A stretch of DNA of 64,000 nucleotides from Myxococcota bacterium (GTDB taxonomy: Bacteria > Myxococcota_A > SURF-8), in assembly GCA_965140415.1 (NCBI GenBank), contig OZ223209.1, positions 2,912,001 through 2,976,000 of the forward strand, written 5' to 3'. The notes under the pieces are model-generated. The model was not told the origin of the DNA and did not search any database. It worked only from the letters and a program-made list of their open reading frames with translations. The position numbers and the translations under genes are program-made. This document shows, piece by piece, positions 9,803 through 19,923 of this stretch. Positions within the stretch are counted from its first letter, which is position 1. Every line of letters begins with the position of its first letter.

Positions 9803-11179
9803 TTGTATCGGGGTATTCAATTGACGGATATTAAACAGGTATTTCATGTTCAGGCTGCTTTCGATCCCAAACGTAAACAACTGTTTCGGGATGCGGAACT
9901 CTTTGTTGAAAATGGGATTTTAAAAGCGATATTGGAAGCAACGGATAAAAGTCCGGCTGCCGAAACGATTCGACGAGAATTTGAGCATGCCAAACGTGTA
10001 AATGAACAAAATGCAATCGCGTTGCCGGGACTTGTGAATTCGCATCAGCATGCCTACAGCGCGTTAGCACGAGGTATGCCCATTACGGAACCGATGCCGG
10101 ATTTTCCATCACGATTACAAGTGCTTTGGTGGAGATTGGATCGGGCCTTACAGGAAGAAAGCATAAAGTATTCTGCTTTGACTACCGCTATCGAAGCGGT
10201 TCGTCATGGCTGCACGTCGATCGTCGATCATCATTCCTCACCGAACGCCACCAGGGGAAGTCTTGACGTTATAACGAAGGCATTTTCTAAGTTCAATTTG
10301 CGCTCCGTGCTGTGTCACGAAACATCGGATCGAAACGGTTCGGACAAATTCGAACAATCGATAGAGGAAAACCTGGCATTTTCCCAAACCCACAAAACCT
10401 CGAATAGAGTTCGTGGGCTTTTAGGTTTGCACGCCGGTTTTACACTTTCCGAGCAATCTCTTAAGGAGGTGGCTGCCAGGAGACCGAGCGATCTTCCCAT
10501 TCACATTCACCTAGCAGAAGATCGTTGCGATGTCACGTTTGCAAAAGAGCTTGGCTATGACGGTCCGCTGGCGCGTCTGCATGCTTACGGATTGTTAGAC
10601 AAGCACAGTCTGCTGGCTCACTGTGTTCACTTGAGCAAATCCGAGCAGGATCTTGCAAAAGAGTTAGGGGTATGGGTCGCTCACAATCCCGAGTCCAACT
10701 TGAACAATCGAGTTGGCTATGCTGAAGTGGATCAACTCGATCCGAATCGGATATTATTGGGAACAGACGGCATGAGCGGTGACATGCTGACTTCCGCTCG
10801 GGTCGCCTTTCTGCTTTATTCCGCTTTCGGTGGAGGTGCGCAGGCTCCGTTGGAATTTGCATGGCGGATTTTGTTTGAAAACACATATGCATATCTATCT
10901 GAAATGTTTGGAGAAACCCTAGGCGGATTTGAAGTCGACCAACCAGCCGATTTCGCAATCTTCCCTTATCCCTCTCCAACATCGATCATGGAAGAGAATA
11001 TCCAAGCACATGTCTTTTACGGGCTGTCAAATCATACACGAGCCCGTTGGGTCATGGCGGGAGGCACTGTCGTTCTGGAAGATGGGAGGCTAACGGTTCT
11101 GGATGAACGTGTCGTGATGCAAGAAGCCAGGGCCTGCGCCGAGAAACTATGGAATGAATACAAATCTCCAAGTTGTTGA
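9803..11179 (+). CDS. ssnA: SsnA-like amidohydrolase
   Basis: PGLVNSHQHAYSALARG, LWWRLDRAL, DHHSSP, GLHAGFT, HIHLAE, HNPESNLNN and GTDG; first gene of a yge-type cluster. Confidence 0.8.
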   Translation: MYRGIQLTDIKQVFHVQAAFDPKRKQLFRDAELFVENGILKAILEATDKSPAAETIRREFEHAKRVNEQNAIALPGLVNSHQHAYSALARGMPITEPMPDFPSRLQVLWWRLDRALQEESIKYSALTTAIEAVRHGCTSIVDHHSSPNATRGSLDVITKAFSKFNLRSVLCHETSDRNGSDKFEQSIEENLAFSQTHKTSNRVRGLLGLHAGFTLSEQSLKEVAARRPSDLPIHIHLAEDRCDVTFAKELGYDGPLARLHAYGLLDKHSLLAHCVHLSKSEQDLAKELGVWVAHNPESNLNNRVGYAEVDQLDPNRILLGTDGMSGDMLTSARVAFLLYSAFGGGAQAPLEFAWRILFENTYAYLSEMFGETLGGFEVDQPADFAIFPYPSPTSIMEENIQAHVFYGLSNHTRARWVMAGGTVVLEDGRLTVLDERVVMQEARACAEKLWNEYKSPSC

Positions 11180-11260
11180 AATACAAAGGGATCGTCTGTA
11201 TATTGGTGGCAGGTTGTACGGCTTTTCTGGCAACCATTAACTGAAGAAAGGTACGTTCGC

Positions 11261-12169
11261 ATGGCCATTGATTTTTCCGTGAATCTGGCAGGGATGACGC
11301 TGGCCAACCCTTTGATGCCGGGCGCAGGACCGCCTGGAGATAATTTACGCAAGCTGCTCGCTCTGGATGCGGCGGGTATTGGTGGTTTGGTAACGAAAAC
11401 GGCTTCTGTGCTGTTGCCCCACGTGCCGAAACCGGCCATGGCCAGTGATGATATCCTGTTTTTCAACGTCGAAAAATGGTCCGAAAAACCATACACGGAA
11501 TGGCTGGAAACGATCCTGCCCGCACTGGAAAAACGGCAAGCGCCGCTAATCGCTTCATTGGGTTATACACCGGAAGATCTGGAAAAATTGATTCCGCTGT
11601 TCGATCCGCTGGTCGATGCGTTTGAGTTATCCACTCACTACGTTTCCGGCAGCGCAGCAAATCTGTTGGCAACGGTGAAACTTGCAAAGTCGATGACGAA
11701 CAAACCGGTGTTCATGAAATTGAGTTGGCATGCCGGGGATATCGTAGCGAATGCCATTATCTGCGAAAAGGGAGGTGCGGACGGCATTACTGCCATCAAT
11801 TCGGTGGGACCGGTGATGTCCATCGACATCAACAAGCGCGCGGCTCGGCTGGGTGAAAGCGAACCGTACATGTGGCTATCAGGACCGGCGGTCAAACCGA
11901 TGGCCTTGCGGGCCGTCTACGACATCGCCTGTGCCGTGGACATTCCGGTGATTGCCTGTGGCGGCGTACAGAGCGGCGAAGACGTGATCGAATTCATGCT
12001 TGCAGGTGCAACGGCAGTAGAAAGCTGCACCGGATTTATCCGCATGAAATCGGACTTGGTACAACTGGCGCTTGCCGAAATGGAAGCCTGGTGTGACGAT
12101 CAGGGCGTTGAAAATATTTCGGATATTATCGGTACGGTCATTCCTCATTTCTTGAAGCGGGAGAAATAA
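11261..12169 (+). CDS. Dihydroorotate/dihydropyrimidine dehydrogenase-like FMN TIM-barrel protein
   Basis: LANPLMPGAGP, GGLVTKT, KPVFMKLS, DGITAINS, LSGPAVKPMALR and IACGGVQSGEDVIEFMLAGATAV. ELSTHY stands where ELNxSCP is usual. Confidence 0.8.
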   Translation: MAIDFSVNLAGMTLANPLMPGAGPPGDNLRKLLALDAAGIGGLVTKTASVLLPHVPKPAMASDDILFFNVEKWSEKPYTEWLETILPALEKRQAPLIASLGYTPEDLEKLIPLFDPLVDAFELSTHYVSGSAANLLATVKLAKSMTNKPVFMKLSWHAGDIVANAIICEKGGADGITAINSVGPVMSIDINKRAARLGESEPYMWLSGPAVKPMALRAVYDIACAVDIPVIACGGVQSGEDVIEFMLAGATAVESCTGFIRMKSDLVQLALAEMEAWCDDQGVENISDIIGTVIPHFLKREK

Positions 12170-12170
12170 C

Positions 12171-13382
12171 GTGAGCGATGAACAGCATTCCAGCATTCTT
12201 GAACAGGCCAGAAATCTGCAAGACGAAACCGTTCGTTTCCTTTGCGACATGGTGCGTACGCCTTCTTTCAGTGGCAAGGAAAAAGATGTAATCGAGGTGA
12301 TTAGCAAGGAAATGGAATCCACCGGATTCGACGAAGTCCGCGTGGATGGTATGGGCAATGTCATTGGGCGAATCGGCAACGGTCCGCGTGTCTTGGCTTT
12401 CGATGCGCACATCGACACGGTTTATCCGGGAGACTTGGTGCAGTGGAGTTTCGATCCTTTTACTCCTAAAGTTGAGGACGGAAAGGTCTGGGGGCGGGGT
12501 ACTGTGGATCAGGAAGGCGGTATGGCCTCGATGGTTGCTGCCGGTAAACTGATCAAGCAAATGAAACTGAACGAGAAGTTTAGCATCTACTTTACCGGTA
12601 CGGTGATGGAGGAAGACTGCGACGGATTGTGCTGGCAATACCTGATTCAGGAAGAGAAACTCCGCCCTGAACTGGTGGTGATTACCGAACCGACCAACAT
12701 GAATCTCTATCGCGGTCACAGAGGCCGTATGGAAATGGAAGTTCATGTCAGTGGCGTGTCCTGTCATGGTTCGGCACCGGAACGTGGTGACAACGCCATT
12801 TACAAAGCTGCGCGCATTGCCCTGGAAATCGAGAAGTTGCATGAACGATTGCATAGTGATCCCTTTTTGGGAAAAGGTAGTATCACCGTGACGCAGGCAA
12901 GTTCAAATTCGCCGTCACAGTGCGCTGTGCCTGATGGCGCGGGATTGTATCTGGATCGACGATTGACGTTGGGAGATACAAAGGAAAGCGCGATGGCCGA
13001 AGTACAGGATGCCGCCGCACGCGCCGGATATCCAGATGCCAAAGTGTCAGTGCCGATGTACGAAGAGGCTGCGTACACCGGGTTGGTTTACCCGGTAGAA
13101 AAATACTATCCGACCTGGGCTATCGAGGAAAACTCTCCTTGGATTCGCCATGCACAGAAAGCCTATCAATCGGCTTTAAGTCGAGCTGCGTTTGTGGATA
13201 AGTGGACCTTCAGCACGAACGGTGTGGCCATTTGCGGCATGCATGGGATTCCCTGTATCGGTCTGGGACCGGGTAATGAGATTTACGCACACGCCGTTAA
13301 CGAAGCCTGTCCCATCGAGCATCTAAACGAAGCGGCTGCATTTTATGCGGCCTTGGTGGCTGAATTGAACGAGAACGGCTAA
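12171..13382 (+). CDS. ygeY: YgeY family M20 hydrolase
   Basis: DAHIDTV, GRGTVDQEGG, EEDCDGLCW, GHRGRME, HGSAPERGDNAIYK and KWTFSTNGV are characteristic of YgeY. Confidence 0.92.
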   Translation: MSDEQHSSILEQARNLQDETVRFLCDMVRTPSFSGKEKDVIEVISKEMESTGFDEVRVDGMGNVIGRIGNGPRVLAFDAHIDTVYPGDLVQWSFDPFTPKVEDGKVWGRGTVDQEGGMASMVAAGKLIKQMKLNEKFSIYFTGTVMEEDCDGLCWQYLIQEEKLRPELVVITEPTNMNLYRGHRGRMEMEVHVSGVSCHGSAPERGDNAIYKAARIALEIEKLHERLHSDPFLGKGSITVTQASSNSPSQCAVPDGAGLYLDRRLTLGDTKESAMAEVQDAAARAGYPDAKVSVPMYEEAAYTGLVYPVEKYYPTWAIEENSPWIRHAQKAYQSALSRAAFVDKWTFSTNGVAICGMHGIPCIGLGPGNEIYAHAVNEACPIEHLNEAAAFYAALVAELNENG

Positions 13383-13387
13383 GCAAA

Positions 13388-14596
13388 ATGTCCGGGTTTC
13401 ACTATCAGTGCAGTCATTGCGGAGCAATCTTTGAACGGGATGAAGTTCGCTATCTCTGTCCTTATTGCGAAAAGGATTGGAAGACGGGTGAACCTCTGTT
13501 GGGAATACTACTGGCTCAATTTGATTACGAAAAACTGGGTGGCACCTTTAAAAAAGAGCGACCCGACTGGCAGTGCTTGTGCGCAGTTGAGAAAAAGTTC
13601 CATCCGCCATTGGCCGTCGGTTGTACGCCATTGGTTTCAGCGGTACGGCTGGGAAGGCGCTTGGATATCGAGGGGTTGTGGATCAAGAACGACGGACTGA
13701 ATCCGAGTGGTTCTTTGAAAGATCGGGCAAGTTTTCTGATGGTGGCCGAAGCCTTGCGGTTGGGAGAAAAAACCGTGGTGGCGGCCTCGACCGGAAATGC
13801 CGCCTCGGCACTAGCCTCGCAATGTGCAGCCGCCGGTTTGAAGGCGCTGATCTTCGTTCCTGAAAATGCGCCACGAGCCAAGCTGCTACAAATTGCACTT
13901 GCCGGAGCGCATTTGATACGTGTTCGTGGCAACTATGATGATGCGTTTCGGTTGTCCGTGGAGTATACGAAAAAGTATGGTGGGCTGAATCGCAACACGG
14001 CCTATCATCCACTGACGATTGAAGGCAAGAAAACGGTGGCTCTTGAGATTGCGGAGCAGTTTGCGTTCGATCCGCCGGATTCGGTTATTATTCCGGTTGG
14101 GGATGGCGTGATCCTCTCTGCGGTATACAAAGGCTTCTGGGATCTGCTGAAAATTAACGCGATTGAAAAAATGCCCCGAATGATTGCCGTACAGGCAAAG
14201 AGTTCCAATGCGATACACCAATTGGTAGAAAGTGGAACGTATCGGGATGCAAAAAATCCGAGCACCTTGGCGGATTCTATTTCGGTTCGGACACCGTCGG
14301 CGGCTTTTCTGGCAGCGGAGGCTGTAAAGAATAGCGGTGGCTGTTCCGTGCAGGTGCGAGATGAAGAGATCTTGTCTGCACAGAAGACCTTGCTGGAATG
14401 CACCGGGGTGTTTGCCGAACCGGCGGCAGCGGCTACCGTGGCGGGTGCTGTTAAACTGCGAATGAAGGAATACAATCTTGGTAAAAAAGTCGTATTGCTG
14501 ATCACCGGGCATGGTTTGAAGGATATCGATGCTCCTTTAAGTACGCTTTCGTTACCGGAAGCAATTGAACCGGATCTGAACGCATTAAAAGGATAA
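13388..14596 (+). CDS. Threonine-synthase-like PLP-dependent enzyme
   Basis: N-terminal CxxC...CxxC, NPSGSLKDRAS (PLP lysine), ASTGNA, EGKKT, PVGDG and TGHGLKD. Confidence 0.85.
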   Translation: MSGFHYQCSHCGAIFERDEVRYLCPYCEKDWKTGEPLLGILLAQFDYEKLGGTFKKERPDWQCLCAVEKKFHPPLAVGCTPLVSAVRLGRRLDIEGLWIKNDGLNPSGSLKDRASFLMVAEALRLGEKTVVAASTGNAASALASQCAAAGLKALIFVPENAPRAKLLQIALAGAHLIRVRGNYDDAFRLSVEYTKKYGGLNRNTAYHPLTIEGKKTVALEIAEQFAFDPPDSVIIPVGDGVILSAVYKGFWDLLKINAIEKMPRMIAVQAKSSNAIHQLVESGTYRDAKNPSTLADSISVRTPSAAFLAAEAVKNSGGCSVQVRDEEILSAQKTLLECTGVFAEPAAAATVAGAVKLRMKEYNLGKKVVLLITGHGLKDIDAPLSTLSLPEAIEPDLNALKG

Positions 14597-14605
14597 AGAA
14601 TCACC

Positions 14606-15955
14606 GTGGATCTGATCGTCACCAATGGAATCTGCTATACGCCGGAAGGGCCGAAACAAGCCGATGTCGGTGTTCTGGAAGGACGCATTGCGGCGATTGG
14701 TGAACTTCGATCCGAATATCCAAGTGCAAAAGTTTATGATGCTCAGGGACGCGCCGTGCTGCCGGGCTTGATCGATATGCATGTCCATGCGGACGATCGC
14801 ATCGGTGAATTCAACTTGGCGGACAACTGGGTAACGGTGTCATCTGCTGCAATAAAAACGGGAGTGACCAGTCAACTGGGATTTTGTACGCAGCACAACG
14901 CAGAAACTATGCAACAGGGATTGTCGCGTTGCTACGGTAGAGCGTTGGGGCGCAGCTATTGTGACGTTGGGTTTCACGTTACACCAACAGGGTATACCGA
15001 TTCGATGTGGCAGGAGATGCGACATCTCGGATCGGATGGCTTGCATACACTGAAATTGTATACCACCTACAAGCAGGCCGGATTGTATGTGGACGAGCAT
15101 CGAATGGAGAAAGTGTTTTTATTAGCCGCCCGAATGGGATGGACCGTGCTCGTTCATTGTGAAGATGAAGATGTCTTGCAAAAAAGCAAAAAGACTCCAA
15201 CTGATGCATCCAATGCGATGCTTCACGCTGTAATCAGACCGGAGGAGGCTGAGGTGGCTGCCGTGCGAAAGGTGGTGCGACTGGCCAATCGCACGGAAAC
15301 TCGGGTTCACATCGTTCACGTTTCCAGCCCGGAGAGTGTCAACGCGATCCGAGAGTGGGACACCCATGAACTGGTTACCTGTGAAACGGCGATGCAGTAC
15401 GTGTTGCTTAATGAAAAACGCTTGGAAGGCGCGAGAGGACATCGTTACTTGTGTACTCCTCCCTTACGTAGCGAGCAGAGCCGATCGAGCTTGTTGCAGA
15501 TCGTAAAATCCGGCGGGATTGATTGCCTGGCTACGGATCATTGTGCGTTTAGTCCGCAAGACAAGGATCTGCACAAGGATGATTTCCAGCGCGTACCAAA
15601 TGGCCTGGCTGGCGCCGGTTCGCTTGTTCCTCTTGCTGTGGAATTGCTGGTCGGTGGAGATCCGTCAGGTTGGTCAGACGTCGTGCGGATGTTATCGGAG
15701 AATCCTGCAAGAGTATGCGGATTGTATCCAAAGAAAGGTTGCTTGGCTGTCGGGTCGGATGCAGACCTAGTCGTAGTGGATGTGCAGGGGGCAAGTCGTC
15801 CTGTGATAAGCAGTGAGCAGGATTGCTACGAACCATATGGCGATTTCGAATCACGCTTGAACGTGCGATTGGCACTGCTGCGTGGCCGGGATGTGGTGAG
15901 AAATAACCGCTTGGTACGGCCTACCGTGCCGACGGGAGGGAATGTATGGGACTAG
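14606..15955 (+). CDS. Dihydropyrimidinase/hydantoinase-family cyclic amidohydrolase (HyuA-like)
   Basis: PGLIDMHVH, LKLYTTY (putative carboxylated Lys), VHCED, HIVHVS, ATDHC and KKGCLAVGSDADLV. Confidence 0.85.
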   Translation: MDLIVTNGICYTPEGPKQADVGVLEGRIAAIGELRSEYPSAKVYDAQGRAVLPGLIDMHVHADDRIGEFNLADNWVTVSSAAIKTGVTSQLGFCTQHNAETMQQGLSRCYGRALGRSYCDVGFHVTPTGYTDSMWQEMRHLGSDGLHTLKLYTTYKQAGLYVDEHRMEKVFLLAARMGWTVLVHCEDEDVLQKSKKTPTDASNAMLHAVIRPEEAEVAAVRKVVRLANRTETRVHIVHVSSPESVNAIREWDTHELVTCETAMQYVLLNEKRLEGARGHRYLCTPPLRSEQSRSSLLQIVKSGGIDCLATDHCAFSPQDKDLHKDDFQRVPNGLAGAGSLVPLAVELLVGGDPSGWSDVVRMLSENPARVCGLYPKKGCLAVGSDADLVVVDVQGASRPVISSEQDCYEPYGDFESRLNVRLALLRGRDVVRNNRLVRPTVPTGGNVWD

Positions 15956-18201
15956 AAAATCAGAAAGCCTGGCGTAACGATGCGTATGCAAAAGTGACCG
16001 GGCAGGCGCGATATACAGACGATTACAAGATGCATGGACAGTTGTATGCCGCGCCGGTCTATACAGAGTATGTTCACGCACGAATTCGTTCATTCGACAC
16101 CTCCGATGCGAGCAATGCAGCCGGGGTGGTGAAAGTCATTACTGCAAAGGATATTCCAGGAACGCATCGCTTTGGCCAGATTCGTCAGGACTATCGCCTG
16201 TTGTGCGACAAGACGATTCGTATGCATGGCGACGTGGTCGCTTTGGTTGTGGCAGAGACTCGAAAAGATGCGGAAGCGGCGGCGCTACTAGTAAAAGTGG
16301 ATGCTGAACCATTACCCATTCTCACAGATCCTGAACTGGCTATGTTGCCGGATGCGGTGCAGATTCATCCAGAATACGAAAACAACATTACCAACCACCA
16401 CAAAATCCGTCGAGGAGAAGTACAGTCAGGGTTCGATTCTTCAGATGTGATTATTGAACAGGAATTTCAAACCCAGCGTATCGAGCATGGATATCTGGAA
16501 CCGGAAGCGGCCTTGTGCTTTCCACGACCGGATGGCGTTATGGAAGTGATGGGCAGTATGCAGCATCCTTTCAGTACGCGGCGTTTCGTGGCGGCGATCC
16601 TTGGAGTTACACTTTCAGAGGTAGAGGTGCGTTCCGTTTCGATGGGCGGAGGATTCGGCGGCAAGGATGATACGGCGGCCATTGTCTGCGCCCGCTGTGC
16701 GTTAGCGGCAAAGCTATGCGGTAAGCCGGTCAAACTGATTTACAAGCGTGAATGGTCGATGCGCGAGAGTTATAAACGGCATCCCTATAACGTGCAGTAC
16801 AAAATGGGATTATCGAAAGACGGGTTGATTCAAGCTGTCAAGGTTCGAGCCGTCGCCGATGCCGGAGCGTACTGCTCGGTCACGCCCTGGGTGACATGGC
16901 GCTCCACGGTGCAGTGTTGCGGACCTTACAAGGTTCCTAACGTCCATTGCGATGTGTTCGGCGTTTATACGAATAACGTATTCACGGGGGCCATGCGCGG
17001 TTTCGGTTCTCCGCAGATGAACTACTGCGTGGAGCAGATGATCGAAATGGCGGCGGAAAAGCTGGGCATAGGTGGAATCGAGTTGCGACGGAAAAACATG
17101 CTGCATCAGGGAGATGTTACCATTACCGAGCAGATTCTCGATGGTCACACTGTGAGCCTGGAACCGGTTATGGACAAGGTGCTAAAAGCTATCGATTACG
17201 ATAGAAAATTCACTCAGTGTACCTTTGGCAAGGCTCAGGATGGCGAAGATTACGGCATCGGACTGGCCATCAGCTATCGTGGAATGAGCCTGGGTGCGGA
17301 AGGTAAGGACTTCAACGGTGCGGTGATCAACGTGCAGTTCGATGGCTCGATTCTGCTGGAAGTGGCGATCCACGAAAACGGGCAGGGAGCCGAGTCGGCC
17401 ATGGTGCTGTTGCTGGCTGAAAAACTGGGCGTGAAACGGGAGCGTATCCGATATAAGCAAGGCTCCACCAGCGCTATCCCGGATGGTGGAACGACCGTCG
17501 CTTCGCGTGGAACGCTGATGGGCGGAGGTGCGGTGGTGCATGCTGCCGAGAACCTGAAAAAGAAGATGGCGCGAGTGCTGGCTGATGTATTGGATTGCAC
17601 GCCAGACCAGGTCCGTTTTGAAGAAGATGAAATTAAAGGACCGAATAAGGTTTTGAGTTTTGAGGATGCAATCACACAGATGTTCTTGAAGCAGGAGTAC
17701 CCCTATGCCTTCGGTTCATTCAAAGCACCGCGTGTCAGTTGGGAAGAGGAAAAAGGCGTTGGTAATGCCTATTTTACTTGGGTGTATGGTTGCCAGGCTG
17801 TGGAACTGACTGTGAATAGAGATACAGGAAAAGTGACATTGTTGAATGCCGTTGCCGCTCATGATGCAGGCAAGGTTGTCAATCCCCCCATGCTGCTGGG
17901 ACAGTATTATGGCGGCATGGCCATGGGTGTAGGCTACGCACTAAAGGAGGAAGTCACTTCGGAAGAGGGGAGAGTGACCTCGCTGAATTTCAATCGTTAC
18001 CATATTCCGCGTTCTACCGATCTGCCGGAAATGCAGGGAATCATTGTAGAGAATCGTGATGAGCAATCTCCTTCGGGAGCGAAGGGGATCGGTGAGCCGG
18101 TGACGGAACTAATGGCTCCGGCGATCGCAAACGCCTTGTATCATGCCACCGGAAGGCGACAGACTACGCTGCCGATGCGTAGCAAGGAGAGTCGCCAATG
18201 A
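15946..18201 (+). CDS. Xanthine dehydrogenase family molybdopterin-binding subunit
   Basis: KVTGQARYTDD, HGYLEPEA, GGGFGGKDD, AMRGFGSPQ, TVASRG and AKGIGEP. Confidence 0.93.
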   Translation: MGLENQKAWRNDAYAKVTGQARYTDDYKMHGQLYAAPVYTEYVHARIRSFDTSDASNAAGVVKVITAKDIPGTHRFGQIRQDYRLLCDKTIRMHGDVVALVVAETRKDAEAAALLVKVDAEPLPILTDPELAMLPDAVQIHPEYENNITNHHKIRRGEVQSGFDSSDVIIEQEFQTQRIEHGYLEPEAALCFPRPDGVMEVMGSMQHPFSTRRFVAAILGVTLSEVEVRSVSMGGGFGGKDDTAAIVCARCALAAKLCGKPVKLIYKREWSMRESYKRHPYNVQYKMGLSKDGLIQAVKVRAVADAGAYCSVTPWVTWRSTVQCCGPYKVPNVHCDVFGVYTNNVFTGAMRGFGSPQMNYCVEQMIEMAAEKLGIGGIELRRKNMLHQGDVTITEQILDGHTVSLEPVMDKVLKAIDYDRKFTQCTFGKAQDGEDYGIGLAISYRGMSLGAEGKDFNGAVINVQFDGSILLEVAIHENGQGAESAMVLLLAEKLGVKRERIRYKQGSTSAIPDGGTTVASRGTLMGGGAVVHAAENLKKKMARVLADVLDCTPDQVRFEEDEIKGPNKVLSFEDAITQMFLKQEYPYAFGSFKAPRVSWEEEKGVGNAYFTWVYGCQAVELTVNRDTGKVTLLNAVAAHDAGKVVNPPMLLGQYYGGMAMGVGYALKEEVTSEEGRVTSLNFNRYHIPRSTDLPEMQGIIVENRDEQSPSGAKGIGEPVTELMAPAIANALYHATGRRQTTLPMRSKESRQ

Positions 18202-18671
18202 AGACAATCGTAAACCGTAAGGAAATTGTAATCAGTGATCAATTGCGGGAAATGAACCTGCTGGAGTTTCTGCGCGAAGAACTGGACCTGACCGGATCGA
18301 AAAACGGTTGCGACGGTTCCGGCATTTGCGGTGCTTGCACGGTGTTGCTCGATGGAAAAGCGGTTAAGTCCTGTAAAAAAATTGTGGGAGACATCGAGGG
18401 CAAAGAGCTTTTGACGATAGAGGGTATGCAGGATGAACAAGGAAATCTGCATCCACTGCAACAGGCATTTATCGATTGCGGCGCGATTCAATGCGGATTC
18501 TGTACGCCCGGCATGGTGATGCGCTCCTATGGATTGTTATTGAAAAACCCGAAACCCGGTCAGGAAGAAGTGCGGCGGGCATTGGGAACGAATTTGTGCC
18601 GTTGCACAGGATATCAACAAATCATCGATGCGGTCATATCCGCTGCGGAAATTCTTTCTAAAAAGAAATGA
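18198..18671 (+). CDS. Xanthine dehydrogenase family 2Fe-2S subunit
   Basis: GSKNGCDGSGICGACTV, QCGFCTPG and NLCRCTGY; overlaps the Mo-subunit stop (ATGA). Confidence 0.93.
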   Translation: MKTIVNRKEIVISDQLREMNLLEFLREELDLTGSKNGCDGSGICGACTVLLDGKAVKSCKKIVGDIEGKELLTIEGMQDEQGNLHPLQQAFIDCGAIQCGFCTPGMVMRSYGLLLKNPKPGQEEVRRALGTNLCRCTGYQQIIDAVISAAEILSKKK

Positions 18672-18694
18672 ACATCAAGACGGTTAGGTGAACC

Positions 18695-19891
18695 ATGACG
18701 ACAGAAACCATAAAAAAGAACCTGAAGCGCTTGCAGAAACTTTCAACGGATATGCAGCATAAGGATTTTCTGCTGACCTGGGAAAAAAGCGACGAAGAAA
18801 TCAAAGCCGTTTGTCATACGGCGCAGTGTCTCAAGGAAATGAACAAGCAGGGCTTGAGTTTCCGTATGTTCGATACCGGACTGGCGATTTCGATTTTCAG
18901 GGACAACAGCACGCGTACGCGCTTCAGTTTCGCTTCGGCGGCAAATGCATTGGGCTTGACGGTTTCCGATCTCGATGAAAAGAAATCTCAAATCGCCCAC
19001 GGAGAAACCGTTCGTGAAACGGCCAACATGATTTCTTTCATGACCGAGGCCATCGGTATTCGCGATGACATGTATCTGGGAGAAGGCAATGCGTACATGC
19101 GTGAAGTCGGACAGGCGGTGCAGGAAGGTTTCGATAAAGGCGTGTTGCATCGACGCCCAACCTTGGTGAACCTGCAATGTGACATCGATCACCCGACACA
19201 AACACTTGCCGATTTGATGAAATTGCGGAATTACTTTGGATCATTCGAAGAGATGAAGGGCAAGCGTATCGCCATGACTTGGGCGTATTCGCCGAGCTAT
19301 GGAAAGCCGCTGTCCGTGCCGCAAGGGATTATTGGTTTGATGACCCGGCTTGGAATGGATGTGGTTCTTGCGCACCCGGAAGGTTACGATCTCATTCCAG
19401 AAGTGGAAGAGATTGCACGAAACAACGCGGCACGCTCTGCGGGATCGTTCAGGAAAGTAACGACAATGGAGGAAGCTTTCGAAGGCGCTTATGTCGTCTA
19501 TCCGAAAAGCTGGGCTCCGTATCGCATCATGCAACAGCGTACACCCTTGTTGAAAAATGGCGATCATGAGGGCTTGAAACAACTTGAAAAAACGTGTTTG
19601 GAAAATAACGCCGAATTCATGAATTGGGAATGTGACGAAAAGAAGATGGCTAAAACGCATGACGGCAATGCCTTGTACATGCATTGCCTGCCTGCGGATA
19701 TCAGTGGTGTAAGCTGTAAGCAGGGAGAAGTGAGTGCCGAAGTCTTTGAAAAATACAGGCTGGAAACTTATCACGAGGCAAGCTATAAGCCTTATGTCAT
19801 TGCAGCCATGATTCTACTCGCAAAGGTTTCCGATCCTGCGGAAGCGATTCAAAACTTGCTGGAGCGAAACAGTATTAACCAGTTCGTGTAA
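18695..19891 (+). CDS. ygeW: Knotted carbamoyltransferase YgeW
   Basis: FRDNSTRTRFSF, HGETVRETANMISF, NLQCDIDHPTQ, WAYSPSYGKPLSVPQG and YMHCLPADI. Confidence 0.95.
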   Translation: MTTETIKKNLKRLQKLSTDMQHKDFLLTWEKSDEEIKAVCHTAQCLKEMNKQGLSFRMFDTGLAISIFRDNSTRTRFSFASAANALGLTVSDLDEKKSQIAHGETVRETANMISFMTEAIGIRDDMYLGEGNAYMREVGQAVQEGFDKGVLHRRPTLVNLQCDIDHPTQTLADLMKLRNYFGSFEEMKGKRIAMTWAYSPSYGKPLSVPQGIIGLMTRLGMDVVLAHPEGYDLIPEVEEIARNNAARSAGSFRKVTTMEEAFEGAYVVYPKSWAPYRIMQQRTPLLKNGDHEGLKQLEKTCLENNAEFMNWECDEKKMAKTHDGNALYMHCLPADISGVSCKQGEVSAEVFEKYRLETYHEASYKPYVIAAMILLAKVSDPAEAIQNLLERNSINQFV

Positions 19892-19923
19892 AAACAAACA
19901 ACTTTAAGAAGGCGTAGCGATCC

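Noticed and set aside
15946-18671. Selenocysteine recoding in the purine cluster
   Set aside because: No in-frame TGA interrupts any gene. Selenium in this enzyme family is a labile cofactor and cannot be seen in sequence.
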